64,000 nucleotides of DNA from Gammaproteobacteria bacterium (GTDB taxonomy: Bacteria > Pseudomonadota > Gammaproteobacteria > JACKNK01): positions 204,782 through 268,781 of the forward strand of contig JACKNK010000006.1 in assembly GCA_024234955.1 (NCBI GenBank), read 5' to 3'. Within the stretch, counting starts at the first letter, position 1. Each line of letters opens with the position of its first letter. The notes under the pieces are model-generated. The model was not told the origin of the DNA and did no database searches. It saw nothing but the letters and a program-made list of their open reading frames with translations. Shown one piece after another: positions 47,148-61,365 of this stretch. The translations under genes and the position numbers were made by a program.

Positions 47148-48406
47148 CAGTCAAAGCCTCGCATCGCCAGGCCGCAGGCCGTCAACAAAGCCGGCGCGTC
47201 GGCCTGCAGATTGTTGCGCTGAACCTTGTCCGACAGCGACATATTGGCGACAGGATTGGCAATCACCACCGGCAACCCGACCTGATGGGAAATGAATCCG
47301 GCGACCCCCGAGATCGCCGCCGAGCCACCGGCCAGAATCACTTGATCGACATCCTCCTGCTCATTGGAGGCGTTGAAGAACTGCAAGGCCCGCAGGACCT
47401 GCTGGGCCATTGCGGCTTTGAACGGTTCGAGGAGTTCACGCTGGTACTCCGGTGGAAGACCGCCCATGCGCTTGGCCATGCCCGCTTCCTCATAACTCAT
47501 CCCGAAGCGGCGCATGATCTCCTCGGTGAGTTGTTTGCCGCCGAAATCCTGCTCCCGTGAATAGATGATTTCCATGTTCCGGACCACGCTTACCGAGGTC
47601 ACGACGGCCCCAACATCGACCAGCGCGACGGTTGCGTTCTTGCCATGATTGGGCATCTGCGGCGCCATCAATGTCAGCGCGTGCTCCAGAGCATACGACT
47701 CGACATCCACCACTTTGGCAGTCAAACCCGCAAGTTCCAACGCCGCTGAGCGCATATCGACATTCTCGGCGCGGGACGCCACCAACAGCACATCGACCAA
47801 TGCCGGATCGTGCTCGCTCGGCCCCAGAACTTCGAAGTCATAGTTGATCTCGCTGAGGGGGAACGGGATGTATTTCGGCGCCTCCAATTCCACAAGGCCT
47901 GCCATTTCGGCATCGTTCGGCGCAGTCACCAACTGAATTGTCTTGGTGATGACGGCGGATGCGGGTACCGCGACCGCCGCATCCTTGGTTTTGGTCTTGG
48001 CCCGACGGACGACCCGGCGGATCGCCTCCGCAACCCCATCGACATCCGCAATGTTGTGTTCGGAAATCGCGTTCGGTGGCAACGGCTCGACGCCGTAACT
48101 TTCGACCTTGTAACCGTTGCCATCGCGGCTGAACTCAAGAAGCTTGACGGCCATCGAAGAAATATCGATGCCAAGCACCGGCTTCGCGGGTTTCAAGCGT
48201 GCACGCAGCTGCTCCGCCAGCGCAGGCTTTTTCCCGACATCGTTCCCCGGGGTTGCGCTGGAATCGCCGGGGGCGGGTTTTCCCCGACCGAAAAATCCGG
48301 ACAAGCCGCCACCCGCCGAGGTCGAACCGGCTTGGTCACCACTTTCATTCCTGGCCTTCCCGAGACCGAGGAATGAAGATATTGAACCTGCTTTTTTCTC
48401 TGACAT
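47147..48406 (-). CDS. pilM: Type IV pilus assembly ATPase-like protein PilM (with a roughly 65-aa Gly/Ser-rich N-terminal extension)
   Basis: Actin-like fold (…LGIDISSMAVKLLEF…). 419 aa. Divergent from mrcA. Confidence 0.85.
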   Translation of the reverse strand: MSEKKAGSISSFLGLGKARNESGDQAGSTSAGGGLSGFFGRGKPAPGDSSATPGNDVGKKPALAEQLRARLKPAKPVLGIDISSMAVKLLEFSRDGNGYKVESYGVEPLPPNAISEHNIADVDGVAEAIRRVVRRAKTKTKDAAVAVPASAVITKTIQLVTAPNDAEMAGLVELEAPKYIPFPLSEINYDFEVLGPSEHDPALVDVLLVASRAENVDMRSAALELAGLTAKVVDVESYALEHALTLMAPQMPNHGKNATVALVDVGAVVTSVSVVRNMEIIYSREQDFGGKQLTEEIMRRFGMSYEEAGMAKRMGGLPPEYQRELLEPFKAAMAQQVLRALQFFNASNEQEDVDQVILAGGSAAISGVAGFISHQVGLPVVIANPVANMSLSDKVQRNNLQADAPALLTACGLAMRGFD

Positions 48407-48630
48407 TCCGCAAGTTAGCGCCGCTTTTTATGTCGCCACATTAAATATGCTGGATCGCCATTTATCAAGCATCCGGAACAATATCAAGGTCGGCCCAAGC
48501 CCGAGCATCATTTTGTCGCAGTGCGGCTGGCAGCTGGTCGGCAATGAATTCACGAGCGCCGGGAATCGGCCTTCGGACGGTTATACTTGTCCCTGTTTTT
48601 CCCCACCTTCATAACTACGCTCTCCTCCGC

Positions 48631-51135
48631 ATGCGCCGCTTCCTTCTAAAAGCCCTTCTCATCCTCACCCTGCTTGGGGTCTTCGGCGCCGCCGGTGTCG
48701 CCGCTTGGATCTGGTTCGCACTGGTGCCGGTGTTGCCGGACACCGAAGAGCTGCAGGATGTCCGCCTCCAGGTACCGCTGCGTGTTTACAGCCGCGACGG
48801 CGCGCTGCTGGCGGAATTCGGTGAGCAACGACGGGTCCCGGTCGTCTATTCGGAGATCCCGGAGCGGCTGGTGAACGCGTTCCTGTCTGCCGAGGATGAT
48901 CGTTTCTTCGTCCATCCCGGCGTTGACTATCACGGCCTGTTGCGCGCTGCGTATACCCTGGCGACCACCGGCGAAAAGAAGCAGGGTGGTTCCACGATCA
49001 CCATGCAGGTTGCGCGCAACTTCTTCCTGAGTCGCAAAAAGAGCTACCTCCGCAAGATCAACGAAATCCTGCTGGCGCTGAAAATCGAACGCGAATTCAG
49101 TAAGGAGAAGATCTTCGAGTTGTACGTCAACAAGATCTACCTTGGCCATCGCGCCTACGGCATCGGCTCCGCCGCACAGGTGTATTACGGCGCGGAACTC
49201 AAAGACCTGACGTTGCCGCAGATTGCGATGATCGCAGGCCTGCCCAAAGCCCCTTCTGCGTACAACCCGATCAGCAATCCACCCCGCGCCAAGCTGCGCC
49301 GCAATTACGTGCTGGGCCGCATGAAGGACCTGGGCTACATCAATGAGGCCGAGTACAACGAAGCGGTCGCGGCGCCGGTGGTCGCCCGTTTGCATGGGCC
49401 GCAAGTCGACCTGCCTGCCGGTTATGTTGCGGAAATGGCGCGTGCCTGGATGCTCGACAAATACGGCGAGGAAGCCACCTATACCGACGGCATGAAGGTC
49501 TATCTGAGCATCGATTCGAAACTTCAGCGCGCCGCCCAGGACGGATTGCGCGCCGCATTGGTCAACTATGACCGTCGTCACGGCTGGCGTGGGGCAGAGG
49601 CGCATATCGAGACACTCCCCGACAATGATGCCGGCCTGGATGACCTGCTCGCGCCCTATCAGAAACTCGGGGCATTGCGTGCCGGTATCGTGCTGGCGAA
49701 TCCCGAGAAGACTGCGCAGATTTATCTGCGCGGCGGTGAGCGGATCGATCTGCCCTGGGATGCGATCAAATGGACGCGACCTTACATCGACGAAAACCGG
49801 CGCGGCGCGGTGCCCAAACAGAGCAGCGACGTACTGGCGGTCGGCGATGTGATCCGGGTTTTCGAAGATCCGGAAGACGGCTGGCAACTCGGGCAGGTGC
49901 CGGCAGTCGCCGGCGCCATCGTGTCCTTGTCCCCGCACGATGGCGGGATCAATGCGTTGGCGGGCGGCTTCGATTTCGACCTCAGCAAGTTCAATCGCGC
50001 GATCCAGGCCCAGAGACAGGCCGGGTCGGGGCTGAAACCCTTCATCTATTCCGCCGCGCTGGACAAGGGCATGACCGTTGCGACCCTGATCAACGACGCG
50101 CCGGTGGTCTTCAACGATCCCTCGCTGGAAGGTTCATGGCGGCCAGAAAATTACAGCGGCAAGGTGTTCGGTCCGACCCGCCTTCGCGTTGCCCTGTATA
50201 ACTCCCGCAACTTGGTTTCCATCCGCGTGTTGCGCCAGACTGGGGTCGATCACACATCCGCCTACCTGGAACGTATCGGTTTTGACCCGAACCGCATCCC
50301 GCACAATCTGTCGCTCGCGCTCGGCAGCGCCCAGGTCACCCCGTTGGAAATGGCGGCAGCGCAATCGGTCTGGGCCAATGGCGGATTTCGTATCGAGCCC
50401 TGGCTGATCCTGCGCGTCGAAGACACGCGCGGCGACACCCTCTATCAGGCCGATCCTGCGGTCGTGTGTAGGTCCTGTGACTATCCGGATCTTACCCAAG
50501 CGACCAATGACGGGTCCCTTGAGGACGAACCCACCGGTGAGCAACCGGTCGCAGCGAGCGCCGAAGGCAGCGACGCGCCCAAACCGCATCTTGCTCCTCG
50601 TGTCGTCGAAGCACGCAACGCCTATCTCATTTACAGCATGATGCGCGACGTCGTGAAACGCGGCACCGCTCGCCGTGCGCTGGCCTTGGGTCGGGATGAT
50701 CTCGCCGGTAAGACCGGCACCACCAACGATCAACGCGATGCCTGGTTCTCCGGCTATAACGCCGACATGGTCACCATTGCCTGGGTCGGTTTCGACCAGA
50801 TGGACCCTATGGGGCGCGGTGAAGTCGGCGGTCGCGCCGCACTGCCCGCGTGGATGAACTACATGAAGGTTGCGCTGGATGGCCGCCCTGCCGCCTATGT
50901 TCCGGAACCGCCCGGCCTGGTCCGGGTTCGTATCGATCCGGAAACCGGCGAGCCCGCCGATCCCGCCAACCCGGCCGCCGAGTTTGAAATCTTTCGCGCG
51001 GAGTACGCCCCCAAATCGACACCACGGGGACGCTCAACGCTGCCGTCCGTGGTGCCGACCCCGTCGGTGGTGGATCAACCGGGCACGCCCGATGCGCCAC
51101 GTCCTTCAGGAACCCTCGACGGCGGTTTGTTCTGA
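48631..51135 (+). CDS. mrcA: Penicillin-binding protein 1A (bifunctional transglycosylase/transpeptidase)
   Basis: TM anchor. GT51 motifs (EDDRFFVHPGVD, GGSTITMQVARN). Transpeptidase domain. Confidence 0.9.
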   Translation: MRRFLLKALLILTLLGVFGAAGVAAWIWFALVPVLPDTEELQDVRLQVPLRVYSRDGALLAEFGEQRRVPVVYSEIPERLVNAFLSAEDDRFFVHPGVDYHGLLRAAYTLATTGEKKQGGSTITMQVARNFFLSRKKSYLRKINEILLALKIEREFSKEKIFELYVNKIYLGHRAYGIGSAAQVYYGAELKDLTLPQIAMIAGLPKAPSAYNPISNPPRAKLRRNYVLGRMKDLGYINEAEYNEAVAAPVVARLHGPQVDLPAGYVAEMARAWMLDKYGEEATYTDGMKVYLSIDSKLQRAAQDGLRAALVNYDRRHGWRGAEAHIETLPDNDAGLDDLLAPYQKLGALRAGIVLANPEKTAQIYLRGGERIDLPWDAIKWTRPYIDENRRGAVPKQSSDVLAVGDVIRVFEDPEDGWQLGQVPAVAGAIVSLSPHDGGINALAGGFDFDLSKFNRAIQAQRQAGSGLKPFIYSAALDKGMTVATLINDAPVVFNDPSLEGSWRPENYSGKVFGPTRLRVALYNSRNLVSIRVLRQTGVDHTSAYLERIGFDPNRIPHNLSLALGSAQVTPLEMAAAQSVWANGGFRIEPWLILRVEDTRGDTLYQADPAVVCRSCDYPDLTQATNDGSLEDEPTGEQPVAASAEGSDAPKPHLAPRVVEARNAYLIYSMMRDVVKRGTARRALALGRDDLAGKTGTTNDQRDAWFSGYNADMVTIAWVGFDQMDPMGRGEVGGRAALPAWMNYMKVALDGRPAAYVPEPPGLVRVRIDPETGEPADPANPAAEFEIFRAEYAPKSTPRGRSTLPSVVPTPSVVDQPGTPDAPRPSGTLDGGLF

Positions 51136-51137
51136 TC

Positions 51138-51752
51138 ATGGGCGCGCGGCCTCACTCAGGAAGGAACCGGGCGCGCGATCAGATCGCTCAGGAGGCGGCA
51201 CGCCTGATCATCGATGAAGGGGTTCTCGATTTCGCGCTTGCGAAGCGTAAAGCGGTGTCACGATTGGGTTACGACGGTATCGGCGATCTTCCCAACAATC
51301 AGGAAATCGAGTCGGCGGCCCTGGAATATCAGCGCCTGTTTCTCGGTCAGGCTGGCGAGGACCGCCTGCGCGTGTTGCGGCAATCAGCGCTCGCGGCCAT
51401 GCAATTCCTTGCGCCGTTCCAGCCGCAACTGGTCGGGCCGGTCCTGACCGGCATCGCCGGCGAAAACACCCGGGTGACCCTGCATCTGTTTGCCAATCGG
51501 GCGGAAGACGTACTGCTGTTTCTGCTCGATCAGGACATCCCATTCGAAGACGCCAGCAAGCGGATCAATATCGGTGGTACCCAACGTGAGTTTCCCACCT
51601 ACCGCTTTTACGCCGGCGACGCACCGCTCGAATTGGTGGTCCTGCCGATGGAACTGCAACGGCGCCCACCCTTGAGTCCGATCGATGGAAAGCCGATGCC
51701 GCACGCGGATGCCGACGCCGTGCACTCCCTGCTCGGCACGGCATCCGATTAA
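51138..51752 (+). CDS. Hypothetical protein
   Basis: 204-aa ORF starting 2 nt after the mrcA stop. No recognisable motif. Confidence 0.4.
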   Translation: MGARPHSGRNRARDQIAQEAARLIIDEGVLDFALAKRKAVSRLGYDGIGDLPNNQEIESAALEYQRLFLGQAGEDRLRVLRQSALAAMQFLAPFQPQLVGPVLTGIAGENTRVTLHLFANRAEDVLLFLLDQDIPFEDASKRINIGGTQREFPTYRFYAGDAPLELVVLPMELQRRPPLSPIDGKPMPHADADAVHSLLGTASD

Positions 51753-51766
51753 CCAGCGTTCGCGAA

Positions 51767-53059
<1,293 letters not shown>

Positions 53060-53321
53060 GCAAGCCTCCTCCGGGAGCGACGCTGTCGGTGCTATGGCAC
53101 GCTACAGGCTGGCGCAAAGGGGTTTGTGTCCGTGCCCGGCGACCACGATGGCCACCGAACACACGCATGTGTGTTGGTGTACGCCTACTTCCAGCAGGAC
53201 ATTCTTATGACACGGGATTGTACCCTTCCCGTACTCACGATTTTGTTCGTTTCACGTCGTGAATCCCGCATCGATACGTCCTAGGGCACACCTTGCGGTA
53301 CCCTCCTGCCGACGATGGATC

Positions 53322-54578
53322 TTATACCTCGCTCATCGGCGGATAATGCGCGGGATAACCCAGACGGGCCACGCCGGTCTCCACGGCGGCACGGGCTACC
53401 GCTGGCGGCACCCACTCGATCAGGCGCGGATCCAACGGCTTGGGGACCAGATATTCACGCCCGAACGCGATGCGATCGACTCGATAGGCCTCCAGTACCG
53501 CACGCGGGACCTCAACGTGCGTCAGGTCCCGCAGTGCCCGGACGGCGGCAATCTTCATTTCTTCGTTGATCCGGCGTGCGCGAACGTCCAATGCACCCCG
53601 AAAGATGTACGGGAAGCCCAGCACATTGTTGACCTGGTTCGGATAATCGGAGCGGCCGGTCGCCATGATCACGTCGTCGCGGGTCGCGTGCGCGACCTTC
53701 GGATTGATCTCCGGATCGGGGTTGGATAAAGCGAATACCAGCGGATCGCGTGCCATGACCCGCAACATGTCCGCGCTCATGACGTCCGGCCCGGACAGGC
53801 CGATGAACACGTCCGCGTCGGTGAGCGCGTCATGCAGGGTCCGACGATCGGTATCGACCGCAAACTCCGCCTTGAAACGGTTCAGGTCGCTGCGCCCCGT
53901 ATGCACGACGCCGTTCCGGTCGCACATCATGATGTGCGCAGCGGGGACACCCATCGCCTTCAGCAGACGCATCGAGGCGATGCCCGCCGCACCCGCGCCC
54001 ACGCAGACAATCCGGATTTCCTCGATCTTCTTCCCATTCAGCCTCAAGGCGTTTTCCAAAGCCGCGCCAATGATGATCGCGGTGCCGTGCTGGTCGTCGT
54101 GAAAAACCGGAATATCGAGGCGTTCGATCAATTCCGCCTCGATGTCGAAACACTCCGGGGCCTTGATGTCTTCCAGGTTGATGCCGCCAAAGGTCGGTGC
54201 AATCCGCGCTACGGTCTCGATCAGATCGCGGGGGTCCGCCGCATCAACCTCGATATCGAACACGTCCACGCCGGCGAACTTCTTGAACAGGACCGCCTTG
54301 CCTTCCATCACCGGCTTCGAGGCCAACGGACCCTTGTCGCCCAGGCCCAGGATGGCGGTGCCGTTACTGATTACAGCAACCAGGTTGCCCTTCGCAGTGT
54401 ATCGATACGCCGCATCCGGGTCCTTGGCAATCTCACGCACCGGGGCGGCGACACCCGGTGTATAGGCGAGCACAAGATCCGCCTGGGTCGCGCTCGGCTT
54501 GGTGATCTCGATGCCGATCTTTCCCGGTGTCGGTAGCTGGTGGTAAGCGAGTGCGCGCTCGCGCAAGGTGTCGGACAT
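53322..54578 (-). CDS. NAD(P)-dependent malic enzyme (short form, no PTA domain)
   Basis: 418 aa. …[39 protein letters not shown]…. Confidence 0.85.
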   Translation of the reverse strand: MSDTLRERALAYHQLPTPGKIGIEITKPSATQADLVLAYTPGVAAPVREIAKDPDAAYRYTAKGNLVAVISNGTAILGLGDKGPLASKPVMEGKAVLFKKFAGVDVFDIEVDAADPRDLIETVARIAPTFGGINLEDIKAPECFDIEAELIERLDIPVFHDDQHGTAIIIGAALENALRLNGKKIEEIRIVCVGAGAAGIASMRLLKAMGVPAAHIMMCDRNGVVHTGRSDLNRFKAEFAVDTDRRTLHDALTDADVFIGLSGPDVMSADMLRVMARDPLVFALSNPDPEINPKVAHATRDDVIMATGRSDYPNQVNNVLGFPYIFRGALDVRARRINEEMKIAAVRALRDLTHVEVPRAVLEAYRVDRIAFGREYLVPKPLDPRLIEWVPPAVARAAVETGVARLGYPAHYPPMSEV

Positions 54579-54596
54579 GGTGCTTACGTTCCTGAT

Positions 54597-56429
54597 TTAT
54601 TCGACGGTGACGGACTTGGCCAGGTTGCGCGGCTGATCGACATCCGTACCGCGCAATACCGCAACATGGTACGCGAGCAACTGCAGCGGTACCGTGTAGA
54701 TCATTGGGGTTACCACCTCGTCCACGGTCGGCACGATCACCACTCTGATGTCGTCTTTCGCGGTAATTCCGCTCCGGTCGTCGGCGAACACATACAGCCG
54801 TCCGCCCCGCGCGCGCACTTCTTCCAGATTGGATTTGAGCTTCTCGAGCAATTCGTCGTTCGGGGCGACGGTGACGACCGGCATATCCGCATCCACCAGT
54901 GCCAGCGGTCCGTGCTTGAGCTCGCCTGCCGGGTATGCCTCGGCATGGATGTAGGAGATCTCCTTGAGCTTCAAGGCGCCTTCCAAGGAAACCGGATATT
55001 GGACGCCGCGCCCGAGGAACAGCGCGTGATGCAATTCGGCGAAATCTTCGGCAACGGCATGGATCGGCTCATCCAGATGTAATGCGGCTTCGATCTGGGC
55101 CGGCAGCGTGGTCAGTGCCCGAACGATACTGGCCTCTTTGGTGGCGTCGATCCGATGACGGCGTCCCACCACGGTCACCAACATTAGCAACGCGACCAGT
55201 TGAGTGGTAAAGGCCTTGGTCGAGGCAACACCGATCTCCGGGCCAGCCCGGGTCATCAGACTCAGGTCGGACTCCCGAACCAGCGAACTTTCCGGGACGT
55301 TACAGACCGTCAAGGTGGTGCGAAAACCCTGTTCCTTGGCCTGTCGGAGTGCAGCGAGGGTGTCGGCGGTCTCGCCGGATTGGGAAATAGTGACAAACAA
55401 GGTGCCGGGACGGACCACGCTCCTGCGGTATCGGAACTCGCTTGCGACCTCTACGTTACAGCGCACGCCGGCAATGCCTTCGAACCAATATTTGGCCACC
55501 AGCCCGGCGTGATAGGAGGTCCCACAGGCGATGATCTGGACCTCTTCTATATCCTCAAGCAGCGCGTGCTCTTCGGGGCCGAGTATGCCTGGCAACACTC
55601 GGTCGGTCCCCAATCGGGCCTCCAGCGTTTCGCTGATGGCGCGCGGCTGCTCATGGATTTCCTTGAGCATGAAATGGCGGTACGGGCCGCGCTCAGCCGC
55701 ATCGGCGCTGAGTTCCGACTCCCGTATCGGACGCTCGACCACATCGCCGTTCTGGGCGTACACGACGACCCGATCAATCGTGATGTCGGCAATATCGCCT
55801 TCTTCCAAAAACATGAACCGGCGCGTCACCGGAAGCAGCGCGGCGACATCCGATGCGATGAAATGTTCACCAATACCAATTCCGATGACTAATGGCGATC
55901 CTTTACGGGCTGCAATCATGCGGGTCGGGTCGTCGGTGGCGATGACCCCGAGGGCGTAAGCGCCATGCAAAGCGGTAACGGCTTTGCGTACGGCGCTGAG
56001 GAGATCCAGGCCGGTCTCCATCTCGTCGTAGACCTGATGGACGATCACTTCGGTGTCGGTCTGCGAGGTGAACTGATGACCTCGTCCGGTCTGCGCCTCC
56101 CGTAGGGACTGATGGTTCTCGATGATGCCATTGTGGACCACGGCGACTCGTTGGCGGCAAATATGCGGATGGGCATTTTGCTCTGATGGCAGGCCGTGCG
56201 TTGCCCAGCGGGTATGGGCGATGCCTAGGCGCCCCTCGAATGGTGACAGGTCGATCGCCGTAGCCAGTTTCTCCACTTTGCCCAATGTCCGACGTCGATC
56301 CAGCGTTCCTTTGTCGGTCAGCAAGGCGATGCCGGCGGAATCGTATCCCCGATATTCGAGCCGCCGCAGACCTTCCAGGAGAATGGGAGAAACATTGCGT
56401 TGGGCGATCGCGCCGACGATTCCACACAT
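54597..56429 (-). CDS. glmS: Glutamine--fructose-6-phosphate aminotransferase
   Basis: Starts MCGIVGAI (catalytic Cys2) at 56429. Two SIS domains. The 85-aa upstream extension of the raw ORF is rejected. Confidence 0.95.
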   Translation of the reverse strand: MCGIVGAIAQRNVSPILLEGLRRLEYRGYDSAGIALLTDKGTLDRRRTLGKVEKLATAIDLSPFEGRLGIAHTRWATHGLPSEQNAHPHICRQRVAVVHNGIIENHQSLREAQTGRGHQFTSQTDTEVIVHQVYDEMETGLDLLSAVRKAVTALHGAYALGVIATDDPTRMIAARKGSPLVIGIGIGEHFIASDVAALLPVTRRFMFLEEGDIADITIDRVVVYAQNGDVVERPIRESELSADAAERGPYRHFMLKEIHEQPRAISETLEARLGTDRVLPGILGPEEHALLEDIEEVQIIACGTSYHAGLVAKYWFEGIAGVRCNVEVASEFRYRRSVVRPGTLFVTISQSGETADTLAALRQAKEQGFRTTLTVCNVPESSLVRESDLSLMTRAGPEIGVASTKAFTTQLVALLMLVTVVGRRHRIDATKEASIVRALTTLPAQIEAALHLDEPIHAVAEDFAELHHALFLGRGVQYPVSLEGALKLKEISYIHAEAYPAGELKHGPLALVDADMPVVTVAPNDELLEKLKSNLEEVRARGGRLYVFADDRSGITAKDDIRVVIVPTVDEVVTPMIYTVPLQLLAYHVAVLRGTDVDQPRNLAKSVTVE

Positions 56430-56499
56430 TGCGTTTACTGACCTCGGGAGATTTTCTTTGTCAAACGGATGATGCGCGTACCACTCCGTCAGCGCCAGA

Positions 56500-57861
56500 T
56501 CAGGATTTCGGTTTCTTGATCGGACGCTTCCAGGCTTCGATGGTGACCTGCTTCGCCCGGGACAAGGTGAGCTTTTCGGGGGGGGCATTTCGGACGATGG
56601 TGGAACCGGCACCGATCGTCGCTCCCGCGCCAACTTCAACCGGCGCGACCAATTGGGTGCAGCTGCCGATGAATGCGTTGTCACCGATCACGGTGCGGTG
56701 TTTGTTCGCACCATCGTAATTGCAGGTAATCGTTCCAGCGCCCACATTTACCCCTGAGCCAATCGTGGTGTCGCCGATGTAAGTAAGGTGGTTGACCTTA
56801 CTGCCGCTGGCAACGGTCGATTTCTTGATCTCGACAAAGTTCCCTATGTGTACGTGATCGGCGAGTACGGCTTCCGGGCGTAGGCGTGCGAACGGGCCGA
56901 TTCGGGTCTGTGCGCCGACTTCACAATCTTCCAGTACGCAGTTGGCAAGGATCTCCACGCCATCCCCGATCACCACATTTCGGAGCACGTTGTTCGGCCC
57001 GATACGGACGTTTTTTCCAAGTTTGACGCGACCTTCAAAAACCACGTTTACATCGATGTCACAGTCTTCCCCGCACGCGACCGAGCCGCGAATGTCGATG
57101 CGATCCGGATCCCGTAAAGTGGCCCCATCCCGCATAAGCGCGTCTGCCTGACGGCGTTGATAAATGCGCTCCAATTTCGCGAGTTGCACCCTATCGTTCA
57201 CGCCCGCAACATCGAATTCACTGGAAGCGCGATGCGCCCGAACGGCGTGGCCGTCTCTGGATGCCATCTCGATGACGTCGGTCAGATAGAACTCACCCTG
57301 GACGTTCCGGTTATCCAGATTTGCCACCCAGCGCTTCAAGTCAGCGGCTCCGACCGCGATGATTCCGGTGTTGATTTCCGTGATCATCCGCTCCGCCTGA
57401 TCCGCATCCTTATGCTCGACAATGCGGGCGATGGATCCATCCTGGTTGCGGATAATTCGTCCATATCCGGTCGGGTCGGCCAGCTTCACCGTTAATACAC
57501 CGACTTCTTCGGACGCGACCAGCGGCGCGATGTCGGCGACGGCAATCATCGGAACATCTCCGTAAAGCACCAATACGCGCCGTGCGTCATCGATCGTAGG
57601 AAGCGCTTGGGCAACGGCGTGTCCGGTCCCGAGCTGAGGTTCCTGGAGCACCCAGTGGACACTTAAGTCGGCCAACTGCTCCGTTACCTGCTCCCCGCCA
57701 TGGCCGTAGACCACGTGGATGTCGTCGGTCCCAAGTTGCCGTGCCGCATCAACGACGTGTTCAAGGAGCGGCTTTCCGGCAAGTTCATGCAGGACTTTGG
57801 GCAGCGCAGATCGCATCCGCGTACCTTTTCCCGCTGCAAGGATCACAACGCTCAGGTCCAT
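56500..57861 (-). CDS. glmU: Bifunctional UDP-GlcNAc pyrophosphorylase / GlcN-1-P acetyltransferase
   Basis: N-terminal LAAGKGTRM plus C-terminal left-handed beta-helix hexapeptide repeats. Confidence 0.95.
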   Translation of the reverse strand: MDLSVVILAAGKGTRMRSALPKVLHELAGKPLLEHVVDAARQLGTDDIHVVYGHGGEQVTEQLADLSVHWVLQEPQLGTGHAVAQALPTIDDARRVLVLYGDVPMIAVADIAPLVASEEVGVLTVKLADPTGYGRIIRNQDGSIARIVEHKDADQAERMITEINTGIIAVGAADLKRWVANLDNRNVQGEFYLTDVIEMASRDGHAVRAHRASSEFDVAGVNDRVQLAKLERIYQRRQADALMRDGATLRDPDRIDIRGSVACGEDCDIDVNVVFEGRVKLGKNVRIGPNNVLRNVVIGDGVEILANCVLEDCEVGAQTRIGPFARLRPEAVLADHVHIGNFVEIKKSTVASGSKVNHLTYIGDTTIGSGVNVGAGTITCNYDGANKHRTVIGDNAFIGSCTQLVAPVEVGAGATIGAGSTIVRNAPPEKLTLSRAKQVTIEAWKRPIKKPKS

Positions 57862-58014
57862 ATCGACATTCCTAATATTGGGTAGGTTGTCAGTTTAGCG
57901 ACCGTCTGGGAGCCGTACAGATACGCACGGTTGAATTGCCGCGCGTGCGGCCCTCTTCGTGCAGTCGCACTTGCGAAGTCGCCCCCGCCGCGCAGGGAAT
58001 TGGAGACGATTGCG

Positions 58015-58506
58015 CTATTGCAGCGTGCCACCCTCGGCGTCCATCGCTTCCCCAGACCCGATTTCCTGGGGGGTCGCATCCCGGATTGCGACCACGGTGA
58101 CATGGAATGTCACCGCTTTTCCGGCAAACGGGTGATTCCCATCCAGCGTCACCATGCCGTCCTCAATCTTGGACACCACAAACGTTTTTACGTCGCCACT
58201 TTCATTTTGAAATTGGACTTCGGCCCCTATCCGTTGATATTGAGGCGGGACGTTTGCAATCGCTTCGGCAATGGTCAGGTCCTCGCGGTGAGGACCGAAT
58301 GCCGCGGCCGGGGAGAGTGTCACACTGACATGGTCATCGACCGTTCGGCCTTGCAGGGCGCGCTCAATCTCGGGAAATATTTTCGACTTTCCGCCATGAA
58401 TATAGGTAACTGGCACGTCATGTTGTTCGATGACGTTATCTTCCACGTCGGTTATCGAGTAGGTAATGGAAACTGCCTTGTCGGCACACGCTGTGGTTCG
58501 GGTCAT
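58015..58506 (-). CDS. FKBP-type peptidyl-prolyl cis-trans isomerase (SlyD/FkpB-like)
   Basis: 163 aa. …YIHGGKSKIFPEIERALQG… FKBP fold with IF-like insert. Confidence 0.7.
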   Translation of the reverse strand: MTRTTACADKAVSITYSITDVEDNVIEQHDVPVTYIHGGKSKIFPEIERALQGRTVDDHVSVTLSPAAAFGPHREDLTIAEAIANVPPQYQRIGAEVQFQNESGDVKTFVVSKIEDGMVTLDGNHPFAGKAVTFHVTVVAIRDATPQEIGSGEAMDAEGGTLQ

Positions 58507-58510
58507 TGTG

Positions 58511-58538
58511 AAAAAAAAGGGGGCTTGCGCCCCCGTTT
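58511..58538 (-). terminator. Rho-independent terminator of the atp operon
   Basis: Read on the minus strand: GGGGGC-GCAA-GCCCCC followed by TTTTTTTT, 20 nt after the atpC stop. Confidence 0.75.
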
Positions 58539-58557
58539 ACTCATCATGTGATTTGGT

Positions 58558-58983
58558 TTACCCGCGCGTCCGCTTGCGCAGGTTCTCAAGAGCACGGAGT
58601 TGGGCAATCGCTTCCGCCAACTGGGACTGGGCCTTGGCGTAATCGATATCGGCCTGTTTGTCCGTCATGGCCTTTTCGGCCATTTCGACGGCTTCCCGGG
58701 CCGCCGCTTCGTCCAGGTCCTTGGCGCGCATGGCGGTGTCTGCCAGTACGGTAACGACGTTTGGCTGCACTTCGATGATCCCGGAAGACACATAGAAGTA
58801 ATGGCCTTCGCCGTCGGGTGTGTCTACACGAACCTCACCAGGCTTCAGCTTGGATATGAACGGGCTGTGACGCGGCATGATACCGACCTCACCCATCTGG
58901 GCGGGGGCGACCAGCATCGTCGCCTGTCCGGAGAAGATTTCGTTCTCCGCGCTGACGATATCAACGTGCATGGTCATGGCCAT
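58558..58983 (-). CDS. atpC: ATP synthase F1 epsilon subunit
   Basis: 141 aa. Operon position after atpD. Confidence 0.9.
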   Translation of the reverse strand: MAMTMHVDIVSAENEIFSGQATMLVAPAQMGEVGIMPRHSPFISKLKPGEVRVDTPDGEGHYFYVSSGIIEVQPNVVTVLADTAMRAKDLDEAAAREAVEMAEKAMTDKQADIDYAKAQSQLAEAIAQLRALENLRKRTRG

Positions 58984-59012
58984 AATTGCTTACCTCGGCT
59001 CGCTGCGCGTGA

Positions 59013-60413
<1,401 letters not shown>

Positions 60414-60453
60414 TTAAACGCTTCGGGTAAATGTATTTTTGAATGTGTTTGGG

Positions 60454-61314
60454 TCAGACAGCTGCGGCGCCCGCGACGATTTCGCTGAGTTCCTGCGTGA
60501 TCGCAGCTTGGCGAGCCTTGTTATAGGCGAGGTTTAGCTCGTCGATCAGGCTGCCTGCATTGTCGGTCGCGCTCTTCATCGCGATCATGCGTGCGGCCTG
60601 CTCGCAGGCAATATTCTCGACCAGCCCCTGATAAACCAGTGACTCGATATACCGTTGTAACAGGCCATCCAGCACGTCCTTCGCATCCGGCTCGTAGATG
60701 TAATCCCAGTGATGGGATTGTTCTTCGAGCTCTTCGGACTCGACCGGGAGGAGCTGCTCCACTCTCGGGCTCTGGGTCATCGTGTTCACAAAATCGTTGA
60801 ACACCAGGAACAACCGATCAATGCGACCTTCGTCATATGCTTGCAACATGACGTTGACCGGCCCAATCACGTCTTCGACACCAGGCGCATCGCCAAGGTG
60901 TTCCGCCTGGGCGGTAATGTTCGCACCCAGACGGCGGAAGAATGCAGAACCTTTGGTGCCCACGGTCACCAGATCAATCGCTGCGCCCTTGTCGGACCAC
61001 GCCTTCATGTCTTTGACGACAGTCTTGAACACGTTGACGTTCAGCGGACCGCAAAGTCCACGATCCGAGGTTACGACGATATAGCCGACCCGTTTGGCGT
61101 CACGAGGATCGAGATAGCCGTGACGGTACTCAGGATGCGCGTGCGCCAGATGGGAAATGACCTGACGCATCTTTTCCCCGTAGGGACGAGCCGCCTTCAT
61201 CCGATCCTGAGCCTTGCGCATCTTCGATGCGGCAACCATCTCCATCGCGCTGGTGATCTTGCGCGTGTTTTGGATGCTCTTGATCTGCGTGCGGATTTCT
61301 TTGGCGTTAGCCAT
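60454..61314 (-). CDS. atpG: ATP synthase F1 gamma subunit
   Basis: 286 aa. [21 protein letters not shown]. Confidence 0.95.
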   Translation of the reverse strand: MANAKEIRTQIKSIQNTRKITSAMEMVAASKMRKAQDRMKAARPYGEKMRQVISHLAHAHPEYRHGYLDPRDAKRVGYIVVTSDRGLCGPLNVNVFKTVVKDMKAWSDKGAAIDLVTVGTKGSAFFRRLGANITAQAEHLGDAPGVEDVIGPVNVMLQAYDEGRIDRLFLVFNDFVNTMTQSPRVEQLLPVESEELEEQSHHWDYIYEPDAKDVLDGLLQRYIESLVYQGLVENIACEQAARMIAMKSATDNAGSLIDELNLAYNKARQAAITQELSEIVAGAAAV

Positions 61315-61365
61315 ATCGCTTCAATGCTCCCCTGATAGGCCCTTGAGTGTGATTACCCGGACTTA

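Noticed and set aside
53060-53321. Small ORFs (52982-53284, 53259-53729) between gltA and the malic enzyme gene
   Set aside because: They overlap the gltA start and the malic-enzyme coding strand and have no RBS or motifs. The region is more plausibly the promoter/leader space for the two divergent or convergent genes.
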